Position numbers and translations under genes: made by a program. A model generated the notes under the pieces. It saw nothing but the letters and a program-made list of their open reading frames with translations, was not told where the DNA came from and did not search any database. A stretch of 64,000 bases of DNA, from positions 5,952,001-6,016,000 of the forward strand of contig CM102286.1 in NCBI GenBank assembly GCA_046563655.1. The letters are read 5' to 3'. The DNA is from Yuukianura sp. NJ FZ-2021 (lineage: Eukaryota). Shown here piece after piece: positions 1-12,451 of this stretch (positions within the stretch are counted from its first letter, which is position 1; each line of letters opens with the position of its first letter).

Positions 1-477
1 CAGCGATTCAGTGAAAGTTGAAAATCAAAATTTTAAACATTTGAAAATTCCCGCAGTGCCGTGCGTGGCCTCACAGCATTGGTTCCCTTTCGTCAGCTAG
101 AACTTGAGCATTATCCTTTTGCCCAATGCCTTAAAGCGTGTGTGTCCTACTGATTGTTCGAGTAGATTCCTATTGTTGTGTGGAACGTTGTTCCATTTTT
201 GTGAGACGTCATTGTCAAAAGTACTGAAAACAAAGTTGTCAGAAGACGGGAGTAAGTGGAGCGTCAAAGGAAGCCGAAACAAAAGAAGACACGGCAGGAA
301 TGAATGGACGTTAGTTGTTCTTTATTCTTGTGGTTTTGATGAGACAGCATAACCCTCTAGTGACACGCCAATTGTACAAATGCCAACCAGATTCAGATTG
401 TTTGGTCATCCAACTTAACAATCTGCTGCATCGCTGCAAATTACAAATCTAATAGAGTGTGGACGGAATTTTTACAA

Positions 478-3400
478 ATGAAGCCACGGTAAGTCAAAGA
501 AAGTTTCGTCGAATTGGTCAAAAATGTCAAAATTATTTCCATTTGCTTACGAGAATTTCTTCTCTAAAAAATTAATTTTTACCATCTTCTGTTGGAGTAG
601 TGGTGAAGCGCGCAATTTTCAAAAATTGGTTTTTCACGAAATTTCAAAAAGTTGATTTCTTTATGTACTACGGTAACTTTTGTCAGAATGGGGAACATAG
701 TTGAGGACTTAATAAAAAGTACCCCCTCCGCCGTTGTTAGTTTTGGTACGGCATGATGCCTAGTTAGCAGGGCGTTGAGGGTATTAAAACATTCCCTTAA
801 AGGACCCCCTGCCCCTTCAGAAAGAAACTCTTTCATGTGGAACGCAAGAATAATTCATGCGTTCTCTGTCCAATTTTTCTGGAGAGTAAAGGGTACCGCC
901 CTGTAAATTATTACGTTAATGATCTCTCATGAGCCCATTTAGTCCAGCACAAGTGAAATTATAGACTCCTACGGAAATTTTTAGAGTGGGTGTCAAACTT
1001 TTACAAAAAAGAACTTGGACATGAAAGAATCAAATTGTGAGAACAGGAAAGTGTTCACCACCCCCAATTTGTTCAGATAGAAATCAAAGATGTAAACAGA
1101 TTCTGAAGACATCTTGAAAAGTCGCCAAGTGCCGAGCTAGCTGAAACCAGATTTCTCACTTGTAAAGTGCTAGGCGTCAAGAAATTAGCATTGTCGACAT
1201 TAGGAAGTTCTTTTACAACTCTTCTTGTACAAAAGTTGAACTGGGGGTGGTGGAAATGGCCTTCAGCAAACTAAACTTGCAACATCTCGAATGAATTTTC
1301 ATTCGAAGCAGTTTTGAAAATTAGCGGTTTGTACAAATAGAAATACTTCAGAGGTTAACTTTAAGCAATTTCGCATAATCGATGACGTTAGTCACACAAT
1401 TTTAAATAGTTCCGTAAATTAACCTCGCGAAGATTTACAAAACGTACATATTTTATTTAGAACTTAAATTTTGTTTTCAAAATTGGAGCACTTGTGTAGG
1501 ATTTTTTGTTCCTCTTCAAATTTTTGAAATTCAAAATTTTATTTTGAAAACATTATTTTATTTTTCAGGTCATCAATTTTTTTGGTCGCCATCTTCTCCG
1601 TCATCCAGTTTGTCCCTGGCTATACCGAAGAAGGTAATTCACAGTCAATTTTCTGCTTTCAAAAGTGGAACTTACAGAAATTATAATAATCATCCGCATT
1701 CTTCTAATTTTGTAACTTAAACTTTTCGTAACTTATAAAACTTTGTTACTTTTTTTAAGATTTGGAAGTAACGAGAACTGTTGAACCGGCAGTACTTCAA
1801 AGACTTGAATCCCAGTTTCTTAAACGTTTTGGAATGGAGAAGCGTCCGGCTAAACAAAAGTCATCAATTAAAGTAAGAAGTTCAACTGGAAATTTTTCAA
1901 AGAAATTTTAAACAAAATTGAAATTCAAGAGCTAGATCATTTATCAAGTCTCTGAAGATCTCTATTCAATAGCTCCATTGTTTTAATTTTTGGATTTCAG
2001 ATCCCCCGCTACTTGGCTGACTTGTACAAGACCCAAACAGGTCTGGATCTCCCCACGTCGAACCTCAACCTCCCGGGTAAGTTATCCGCATTCAATTAGA
2101 CTTAAAGAATTCTTTAAATTCAATTCTTTCAGAACCATATTCCTTAACGTTCATCAACGTTTTCGAAAGTAACCCATTGTTTTTAACAGGGCGACACACC
2201 AGAACCGCCAATACAGTAAGAACCTTCTACCCAACATCAGATAAGCTCCACTTTGACCTCAGTTCCATTCCACCAGAAGAAGTGGTAACCGGAGCAGAAC
2301 TGCGCATTCCCATCAATAGAACACAAATCCTAAGTGACTTTGGTCAGAGGTCAGCTTCTGACACCAGGACTGAGCCTGAGCCAGAGCTCAAAGTGCGAGT
2401 GATAGTTAACGACGTAGTGAAGTTTAAGGGAAGTGAGCCCTTGATGTATCCGGTGGATTCCAAATTCATTGACTTGACAAAGAGGAAAAGTGACGTGTTC
2501 AGTTTGACACTCGACGTTTTCCCGGCCGTCTCCCGATGGATTGTTTCCAAACAGAAGATGAACAGGGGTCTCATTGTGCAAATCTTCGAAAGTACTGGAA
2601 CCCAGGAAATCAAGTGGACGTGGGATCCAACTAACTACGAAGAGAGGTAAGTTCCAAAAAAAAATGCACTGTAACGTTGTACCGGATAGAACTGAAAGCC
2701 AGCACACAGAAAGCTTTTACTCGGAGAAAGCAGAATCGCTTTATGTCAAGAAGTTATGCCCTTATGCAATTTTCGCACAATTTTCAATTTGGAGTTTTAA
2801 TTTGCAAGCTGCCAAGAGCGTTAGTGATGTTGATGTTGGTTAAAAAAAATTATTTTACTAGAAAAAGATTGGGATTGTTGTACCAAAAAATTAACATTTT
2901 GATTAGAGAGAAAATGTTTGTGTTTTTGCACGCTTTTCCTAGCAAACTTACGCCAAAAGTTATACCACAAGAAGCTAAAAGGATGTATTTGACATATCAA
3001 TTTTTATACAGTACGGGGTTTCGTTGACTAATTGATCATTTTTTTGCAGTCCGACACTGTTTACCTACTCTGATGACGGAGTTCATCATCGTAAGACAAG
3101 AGATGCCAAAACACTTTCCCGTCACTACCGGTCTGCAGTTCAAGAACGAAAGAACCGGAAGAAGCATCGCAACAAAAATAGAAAACGAAATCTCTGTGCA
3201 AGGAGAAAAATGTTTGTAGACTTTGCGGATGTTGGATGGAATGACTGGATAGTCGCACCGCCTGGTGAGCTTCAACTTTTGTTTATAATTTTGAAAAACT
3301 TCAATTTTTAAAACCGCGGAAGATTTAACGAAACTATTTTCGTTTTTTCCAGGGTACGACGCCTACATTTGTTCGGGTGAATGCCCGTTTCCAATGGCGG

Positions 3401-3591
3401 ATCACCTAAATGCTACCAACCATGCCGTGATCCAAGCTTTAGTCAATTCCATGAATCCGCAACAAGTACCTCCACCGTGTTGTGTCCCAACGAAGTACAC
3501 TGGTCTGTCTCTTCTGTACAACGACGCCACAGACAAAGTCGTCTTAAAGAACTACGAGGACATGATCGTAGAGTCATGCGGTTGCAGTTAG
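478..3591 (+). CDS. dpp: Decapentaplegic / BMP2-4 family TGF-beta ligand precursor, about 391 aa, 7 coding exons (478-488, 1569-1633, 1760-1872, 2001-2076, 2190-2646, 3050-3264, 3353-3591)
   Basis: All junctions are GT-AG and phase-consistent. Signal peptide [21 protein letters not shown]; prodomain motifs [20 protein letters not shown] and ANTVRTF; RxxR sites RKTR and RHYR; mature domain [56 protein letters not shown]...CCVPT...[17 protein letters not shown]. Confidence 0.93.
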
Positions 3592-4489
3592 TCAATTCAG
3601 TTCAGCATGCAAAAATCTAAGAGACCTTGTGACCTCACGTGACCTCAAGAAGAACCGTACGAAGGACAATGCTATTTATATGGGAAACACTTAAGCAAAA
3701 ATGGAGGCTACAAACGATATTTTTTGCAATGCAAATTGTTCGTTTCTACAAAGGCAAAGGGAAAGTTTCTGGTCTGGGCCCGGTAGTCATTATGACAAGC
3801 AAATTAATTATTTTTACTAACTTAATTAAATTTTAACAGTTTAAGAATTTTATTTATAATTTGAATTATTCATGCTAGCCAAACTAGGTTAGAGTTTGTT
3901 CAGAAATTAAGAAATGTTAGAGTTGGTTGCACTATAAGTATTAGACTGTACAATTGTGTAAATTGATCAAGTTAGTTAACCAATTACTTCACAAGGAATT
4001 TGTTGCGGCAGAGTTGTTTTTAGCAAAAAAAAAAATGCTAACTACGATATATTGATCTCTTTAGTCTCGAAGTTCCAAATCTTAAAATTTTGGATTTTAG
4101 CTTCCCCTGTTCTTTGTAGACACTTTGTTTTTAGATCCTTAACTAACATTAGCTCCTTAGCCAAAGTTAATTAACTTTTTTGTTATTTAATGACAATGGA
4201 CTCAAGTGTTATTACTCCCATTGTGAGTCACAATTTGTGACACATGAAAAGTAAAGGAAGAGGCTAATAATAAACTTAATTTGACTGAGAATTAAGTGTA
4301 TGAAGCTTTAATTTGTTTTAGTTTTTAAGGATTTTAATAAATTCCAATTTTCGGAAAGTAATTTTGTGTTTATTTTTCAATTTCACAAGGAAAGGCAAAA
4401 AATAATTCTGAAAATGCTCTTGCAGAAAATTTGGAGGAAAAAAGGAATGTAAAATTTTGAAAATCCTTTGTGTGTTTATGCAAAAATTC

Positions 4490-5257
4490 TTATGAAAATC
4501 GATTGCTTTGACTTTTGCTGCTTGGTGATGAGGATCTGTACTTCTTAGAGCGCCAAGGATCTCCGCGAATACTGTCATCAAAGATGGCAACCAACTGATT
4601 CACGTCAAAAATGTCTTTTCCCGCCAATTTTTCACTTGTGCCCCAAACAATAATCGTTGGAATCGACTCCAGTCGGATGGTTCTGTCCAATCGGAAGGGA
4701 TTATTCGGATTGGTCCATTCCTCCAAAGTGCCCACTGTGACTCGGACGAAGTACCCACCCTGGTTCTTCGGTGCCTTGAACTTGGCAATGATGGACTCCA
4801 AGTAGTTACATTCTTTGCACCAACTTCCAGTACTTTTAGTACCTTTGGTACTTCCAGGACCACCACCTTCAATGTCACTGGCTGTGAATAGGACGATGAC
4901 TCGCTCAGGAATGATGGCGTGCGTGGCTCTGCGGTATAAAAGTGGGATTCGATACTGGAAGTAGTCGTAGCTGTAGATGCGTTCCTCCTTTAGTGGATTT
5001 TCGTCACGGTCGTCTTCAGAGACGTTGGTAGTTGGCGTACGTATGCTGGGTGTTGATACTGGCATAGGGTTTACCGAAGCTTCAAATTCGAACCGTCGCG
5101 AAAAACGTGTCGGGGAATGTGAACTGGATCGTAGTTTCTTGTTAGCTGCACCAGCCAAAGCCAAGGAAGCAGTTAGCTTTTCAAGTTCTTTCGCTGGACT
5201 TAAGCTCGACGATTTTTTCGAACTTCCTGGACTCGTAGACGGTTTTGGATTCGACAT
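4490..5257 (-). CDS. Intronless thioredoxin-domain protein, TXNDC17/TRP14-like, 255 aa, with Ser/Lys-rich extensions
   Basis: Single ORF. The core VLFTAS...GSWCKEC...VTVGTLEEWTNPNNPFR...IPTIIVWGTSEKL follows the TRP14 pattern (SWCPDC...VG...WKDPNNxFR...VPTLLxxGTxxKL). Confidence 0.82.
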   Translation of the reverse strand: MSNPKPSTSPGSSKKSSSLSPAKELEKLTASLALAGAANKKLRSSSHSPTRFSRRFEFEASVNPMPVSTPSIRTPTTNVSEDDRDENPLKEERIYSYDYFQYRIPLLYRRATHAIIPERVIVLFTASDIEGGGPGSTKGTKSTGSWCKECNYLESIIAKFKAPKNQGGYFVRVTVGTLEEWTNPNNPFRLDRTIRLESIPTIIVWGTSEKLAGKDIFDVNQLVAIFDDSIRGDPWRSKKYRSSSPSSKSQSNRFS

Positions 5258-6100
5258 TTTTCTACACGTTTCTGCAGTTGATGCACAGTATTTGGTCGCA
5301 ATGTCTCAAAGCTTTCGGTTGAATTTAGAGTCTTAGACCAGCTTTAAAAGACTTTCTAACTAAAGCTACATGGTTGAGCGTAAACGAAATAAATGTTTAT
5401 ATCACGGCCAAATTGCGCTGATGATGTAATTTTTGAACTTCCGAAATATTTGCAAAATCTTGTTGCATACTAAACAAATCCAACGCTTGGACACACGTCT
5501 GTAGTCGGGTGCCATAGAAATTCAAATGCTAAAAAAGTGTCGCTAATTTTGATTTTAAATTTTTGGTTTGCAACTGCAATCGGTCGTACACCAGTCCAAC
5601 TCTCACCTTTTTGTCAATTCATAGCGTGCATACGTCAAGCCAGGCTGTTATGTTTTGTAGCGACATTCCGACATTTGAGCCTGTTCCGCTGAAGGCTCAA
5701 CTTCATTATCGCATTTCGGACCTCGTAGCGTTACCTCCTACAGATATTCCAAATGCCAGCTACTGAGTGCTGGAATTCATTTTTGTCGACAAAACCTTGG
5801 TATGAAAATATGGTATGAAAAAGAATGAAAAATAAGAATACAAAACTAAATTTACCTGACTCTTGCAAACTTTATTATATTTTAGTGACTCCACGAAACC
5901 CTTCCACGTCTACTCTAGTTTAATGAAAGTACAAAACGAATCCTGACATCAAGTCCTAACATCCGTATCCCGCCGCCTCCAAACTAAGGTTAGTACTAAC
6001 GCAAGTACACACAGACACACATCCAGTTGTGCTTAATATACTGCAACGGTGCCATAACTCTAAAGAATTGTGTCGGTTAATCAACGTATAATAATACTTC

Positions 6101-9100
6101 CTATTCAATCAGTGTTTCTCCTGGCTCAGGCGTCATTCTTGGATTTTGTTGCGTCGCTTGACCCTGCTGTCCAGTTGTCGGTGATAAGGCTTCGGTTACA
6201 GCACTGCAAATGACAAGTCAATTTATTTATAAAGGCCAATGCAAAGAAGTGTAAGGTTCTTTTACTTACGCTGTGCCTGTATGGTCAACTACTTCGTCAA
6301 TTGTTATATCTCCTTCTTCGAGCAGCGCCAAGTCAGCTACACCGCTGGTTACCATTTTAATACCTTCCAGTTCACTGCAACTCGACATGAACAGCGCTCC
6401 AGATGGAGTGAAGACCAAAGAACTCATTCCGCTGGAACAAAAAAAAAAGCTCATTGAATTTGGTTAAGAAGTGTAACAGAGTTCAGAAGTAATTTTCTAT
6501 ACCTTATGTCACCATTACGACAGCATTCGCCTTTGCCAAGTCGGCGCATATCTCGAACAGCTAGCACGGCAATTTCCCCTGAGTTGCTCAGTACGAGCAA
6601 TGTGTCACCGATAATGCCAACTTTCCGAACTCGAACTCCCTCATGAGCGGTTACTTTCAATTTCCCAAGCGGCCTCAAGTTGGGTAGACTAAATAATTTG
6701 ATTTGCTCTTCGGATGTAATCAGCAGTTTATGCGGAGCGCTGCTCTGCGAATGGATCGGATTGGAATTAGAATCGAGGACGATGATAGAAAGGACGGGAG
6801 CACCGTGCTTCAACTGAATTTCTTTGGCTATTCTAATTGTGTTGGCTACAGTGTACAGGAACACGGTTCCGGCCGCTGTTCCTGCCATGAGGAGACGAGA
6901 TGGAGTTGTATCTGCAAAAATAATAAGAAATCCATAAAAATTAATTCACTCTTAAAATGTTAAAATAATATTTACTTTTCTCAATTTTGTGGATATTTAA
7001 TAAAACTTACGACTGATTAAGTTTCCTCTACTAAAAGAGATTGTACGTATCATGCCGCTTAGTTCTGGACTTCTAGCTTCTACAGCTCTTTCAACCGGTT
7101 TCGCAACTGCATTTGCATTAGCAGCTACTCCACTTCTCCCCTTCCGAAGTCGACGAAAAGACTCGCGAAGCGATTTTTTGATGGATTTTCGCCGTGAAAT
7201 TGGTCCCTCTCCTGCAGCTAGCAGTTCTGTAATTCCAGTAAAACATCAATCCTGGATTTCCAAAACTTCAGAATTAGATATAAAGTGAACGCAAACACTT
7301 ACCGCCACCCAGCGTGGATTTTACTAGAACCACAGCTCTGGTTTTTAGTTCAAGCACACAAAGACCATGAGCTGTTCCCGCAGCTACCAAGTCACCAGTA
7401 CAATCAAGTGCTGTAATGGCGGCTGGAGGATGAATTTGAAGCAAGGCCTTTACGTTCCCATTTGGTGTGTACGTGTAAGTAAGGGGGGAGTGCCCTTTCC
7501 ATGTGAAATCAGATGGAGTCAAATTACATGTAGTGGGCTGGAGCTGAAATAAAATCCTACTTTAAAAAACCGTAAAACTGTGTTGTGTCATTTTACGCAT
7601 TGTTTACCTCCACTTTCTCTTCAACGCTTCCCTGGGTGTCAATTACGACAATTTGTCCAGCCGTGCCTCCGATTACGAGTAGCCCGTTCGAATACCATAT
7701 TTTCTTCACCGCAAGTCTCGGATCGTCAGTAAATGGATCGAAAACACCAACCTATAAAACATACGTCCAATTCCCCCGTTAGTACTGCATTAGCATGTAA
7801 GTATAATTAGTATTCTCAGTACCTTCTGGAATGGCGGCCAATCCTCGTCGTCTCCCCCATCAGCGTTGCTTTCCAAAAGTTCGTCGTGAGAGAAGATGTC
7901 ATTCGTAGTGTACTTTGACATTAAGCACAGATTAGAATTCCAGAACCGCACTAAATACAACATCGATCATCGAAGGTTACAATCCATGCCAGCACATACA
8001 AAAATCACTAAAAAATATATCACGTTTCATGATTACCTGATCCATCCTCGTGGCCCGTTATGATAGTGGCATTAGATTTAGTACTAGTGGTTGATGTCCC
8101 GAGCGGCCAACTCTGCGCGAAGTATGTAATTAGAAACATTGTTACACGTCACGGTTTATGTTTTGTTTCAGTAAAAGTTCTCACCTCCTGCCAGCTTTTC
8201 CCGACTACTTCAGAGGAATAGACTAAGCACGTCACTGCTGAGGGATGAAGACCTACACAGAATATAAATAAATTAAAGTTAGAAATTAAATTGTAATGCC
8301 AGGCGCCAGAAGCTAGATACTTAAAACGAATGAGTACAGTTTAAATAAGGCATTGGCATGACGGGCCATTCTTCCTTCGTCAAATCAATCATAACCAGCT
8401 CCTCTTCTGCACAGATAACCAACGCTGCAGGAGTAGATCCGTCAAGAATGACTTCGAAATCAACAATCTTGGAAGTAAGTTCAAACGCAACGTGCTTTGT
8501 ACCTAATATCCAATATAAGACAGCAGTATAAGTATAATATCCAATATAAGACAACAAATAACCAATCTTGGTGCTTGATCGTTGCATAAAAATGAACTTA
8601 CTTCCTTGGATAGCGCTAACAGTATATCTCTCCCCGAACTCGGCCCGTGGCATTCCGCCACTAAATGCAACAAAATCTCCAGCAGCACGTATTTTGTGTA
8701 TCTTCTTACATGGAAATGGACCTACAAATTAGACAGTAAAAAGCCCCGTAAGTACTGCAACCACTGAAAAACCGAAGCGGAAACATGTTTCCTTTCATAA
8801 GGAATTACCATAAGGAATTTTTACAGTTTTGTCATTTGATGACAAATCCCACGTGACGTAGGACCCGTCATTGTGAGCTGATCTCAGCGTCGAATTATCT
8901 AGCGAGAGACTCTCTAAATGCTGACCATGTGAATAGTGCTACAACAAAGAAAAATTAAAATGTTTTAAATATTATACTGATAGAAAATTATTATTTTATC
9001 TTCAACATCATAGATTTATCGGTATTTTGCCTTACTTTGAGAGGCTTTTGCTCGGCTAAATCCCAAACGACTATAAGCCCCCGCTCGTAACCCAAGATGA

Positions 9101-10050
9101 GAGTGTTCTCGTGAGTTAGAATACTTTCGACAGCACCTGGGTTCAGTTTGCTTGGAGCCCTATAATTAGAAATTAATTGATCATTGTCTAAGATTAATAA
9201 CATACTCTCACGACTGATAATCTCTTCCCATGTATCATTTATCCACTTATTACCCCTCAGTCACTGCGTCGCTGTAGATGACTGCATTGTTCATTGTGAA
9301 TGTTTCAATATCTAAAGTGTAGATATTTCCTCCTTCGGTACCAATGTAAGCAATCTTCCCGGCAGAAGCCAACGAAGAAATTGTTTTTAATCTAAGGAAA
9401 GACAGAAAATATTAGATTGAAAATGGAAAGGCGAGTGAAGAAGGTGAAACTTTGACTTACTTTCCGTCCAAATCTAATGTCGAGATTAGTACAAGTGATA
9501 GTGTCGACTCCTTTAATTCCCATAAATTCAACTGATTCTTCTCGCATAATGTTATCATGTGAGTCTAAACATAGGTAAAACACACAAGAACTGTTAACCC
9601 AAATACAAATATAAATATGCCTAATATTTTTTCGTATTACCGGTGTAAAAATAATCTTGAGAACCGGAGCTTCTACTGTATGATGTGCCGAGATTTGGAA
9701 ACTTGGTGACCCAACGCTGTTAGAAAAAGGAAAAACAACACTACGGTTAGTACTTTTTCAAATATGCTATTTCTCGGTTTTAGTTCGTATACATTCTCAA
9801 TCCACCATCTCTGGTCCCAATCGCTAGTAACTTCCGTTCAGGATCAAGAGTAAGCGCAGTTGGCTTCTTAGGGTAACCTTGCGGTTGTGTCTTTAAGAAA
9901 CAAAACGAATGACCATTAATCAAAATGAAATGTTTTTCAGTACTGTGTGTACTTGAAAAATGTTGATTGCTAACTCACCTTTTGAATTGTAAAGGGCTCA
10001 TGGGTTGATTTGATTCCCTGACCATGTCTACCCCGTATGAATTTCAGCAT
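6101..10050 (-). CDS. lgl: Lethal(2) giant larvae (WD40 polarity protein), about 18 coding exons, roughly 860 aa by hand reconstruction
   Basis: Starts MLKFIRG. Contains GTEGGNIY, PYGPFPCKKI, FSGGMPRAEFGERYTVS, CAEEELVMIDL, TGHEDGSVRFW and [24 protein letters not shown]. The diagnostic aPKC-site segment ISRRKSIKKSLRESFRRLRKGRS lies near 7135-7200. No C-terminal SNARE coil was seen, which argues against tomosyn. Confidence 0.92.
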
Positions 10051-10258
10051 TTTTGCAATCCGAACGCAGAACGACTGAACTGAGGTTATCACTAACTAAA
10101 GTCTGAATTACTACTAAAACGACGTCCACTACGAACACCGCATTCACAGTCTTCTTTCCAGTTTAGTTTTTAGTAATTGATCCCGTGTGGTGCTTTCACG
10201 ATGAAGAAGATTACGGAAGGTCCTCGCAGTTCGTTTCCTTGTGTGGAATTCTGAGTAC

Positions 10259-10376
10259 TGTCAAACAGAGTATTGATTAGTGTCAAACTTACGTACTTAA
10301 AGAATCAACGATGTTGACATTCCTTCTAACTAATCACACCTTGACCTTATGAGAACTGTAACTGTAAATGTCAAAC
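10259..10376. promoter_or_regulatory. Probable bidirectional promoter between lgl and the BTB-ZF gene, with three TGTCAAAC copies
   Basis: TGTCAAAC at 10259, 10281 and 10369, about 200-320 bp upstream of the lgl ATG. A + strand GTGAGT donor near 10463 may end a non-coding first exon of the BTB gene. Confidence 0.35.
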
Positions 10377-12451
10377 TATACATAACTGCTTGAGAAGTGA
10401 ACTCTCGTCGTGTTTAGTTTTTTAAAAGTTGTGATTGAATGGATTGAACAGCACAGAAAAAAGTGAGTAAATAACAACATCCAAATGCACCCGCCTCCAC
10501 CTCTGCTGTTTCTGCATAAAACACGAAGATCATATTCCTCCCATCCCATCTGGTTTTACCTTTACCAAGAAAGAGGTGGTGAATCCTATCTCTTTGTGTT
10601 GTAGCTTCTCATAACTCCCTCTCGCTACGGCCCCACCGATGACGGGTCAGCCCCACCCACTATGACACTACTCAAAGGTCACGTCAGCCCAACTAAACTT
10701 GGCCATCATCCTTCCGAAAGCTAAAGTTTATTACGGAACGTTAAATTATTACTAGAAGCAAAATTCGGTAACTGAAAATCAAAGCAATCGGAGTAAGAAC
10801 CGCTCAATTAATTAAACCTAGTTTGCATGCCCTTTCTCCGTATCTGTCATTCCTTAGTAAGGAATCCTCACCAAAGTAATGTTGACGTTTTACCGTAAAC
10901 CTGGATTTAACTGGTCATCTGGAGCCGAACTCTGTAGCTTTCTTGCTTACTAATGTTAAAGCTTAGCTAATGTTTCGGAAAATGGTGGTGCTAAGGTGGG
11001 TCCACTGTAAACTGTACAGTGTACAGTACACGCCTACACGAATACGATGGGTACCTCAATCAACGTAACTTTGCTAAGAATTAAAAGAGTAGAGGTTCTC
11101 GTCATCTCACCTCACTCCTTCATACAGGTGGGTACAGATTAATACCTAAAGTGACTCATCCGAATTGCTAATCAATTCATGTATGAAGGTTGGGCCAATT
11201 CGATTAGCTACGCTTTACCAATTGCACAATGCCTAAATTGCGCACCCTAGCTAATAATACCCTCAAGCATGCAATTGTGATTTGCGAATTATGAGTATCA
11301 GTAAATTAATTGTTAACGCATATCTTGTTTTTAACAGTGCATGGCTTCACGTATCGTCAAAATTCATCCCGTAAACTAACCATCATAGTACTTCAAAATA
11401 CAAGGAAATCAGGAACGGAAACCGCAAGAAGTGGCAGACGCCTTACATCGAAAACACTTCATCGAGAGCCACACAATATTCCCTATGTAACTCCAGTCGC
11501 AGACGACGCGAGCGACCGGAGCCAGGGATAGGGACTCAGCATGGAGGGGTGCGAAATGCTAAAAATTCGGGCACTGGGACCCCTTAGCCCTTCCATCCTC
11601 GTTGAACGATCAAAATACAAGTACCCTAGGATACGAAAGGGGCCCTTGGACTCTGCTCCCTTGTATCACTTCCCTTCCAAGGCTATTTTTTTTAGGGCCA
11701 CGTTGCTTTCCTAGGCCCTAGATGATAAATTGGACTCGTTCTCCACAATAACCCACCCAACTTTGAAGGCGTTGTTCGTTGGCAGCTGAATCCACCAAGA
11801 CCTCGAGGCTAGTAACACAATGGGTCTAGGTGGGGTAGATGGAAATGGGCATGGTAGGGTATTTGGATGTGGGTTCGTGCGATGGATTCTGTGACTCACT
11901 CGACTCCACTGTGGCTCTGGTTGGTGGGTGACGGTCAATAGTTGGAATATGGGCTACGACGGTGGGAGGACGGGTGGGAGTGGGATCGGCGGCCCCATCC
12001 AAGTCCAAATCCAAAAAACTTTACCATTGAGTACCACCCAAAGTGGAAATAGGAGGCAGTGCAGTAAGTGGGATATAAACTACTCTAACCCACGCTAACT
12101 TCACTCTAGGACATAGAACGAGGTGGATCCCATTCTAGAAGGTAGACGACATCACGAACCCACCGCACCACCTAAACAGCAACTTCAGTTTGCTCAGTTT
12201 CCAGTCCACCAGACCAGTCCGTCTGTCTCTTGTTCAAAACTGTGAACAACCTATCCAGAACGTTTTTACACTCAAATCGCAGGTCACAACGAGGTCAAGG
12301 CGAAAAACCACGCGATTTCCATCCAGGTAAGCGTGTATACCAAAACCAAACTTCAAAACAATAGCAACATTTGAAGGCGGTGGGTGCGGATGAGAGACTT
12401 GTTTGGGAAACAAAGGCAGAAAGACAACTTTTGTATTTTGTAGGTGTGAAG

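Noticed and set aside
9392..9583. ORF-track peptide MFYLCLDSHDNIM...
   Set aside because: Wrong frame; the lgl exon here reads THMITLCEKNQLNLWELK.
11520..12030. GC-richer segment with short Pro/Thr-rich minus-strand ORFs
   Set aside because: No ATG-led or spliced gene model and no recognisable domain; more likely 5' regulatory or UTR-intron sequence of the BTB gene.
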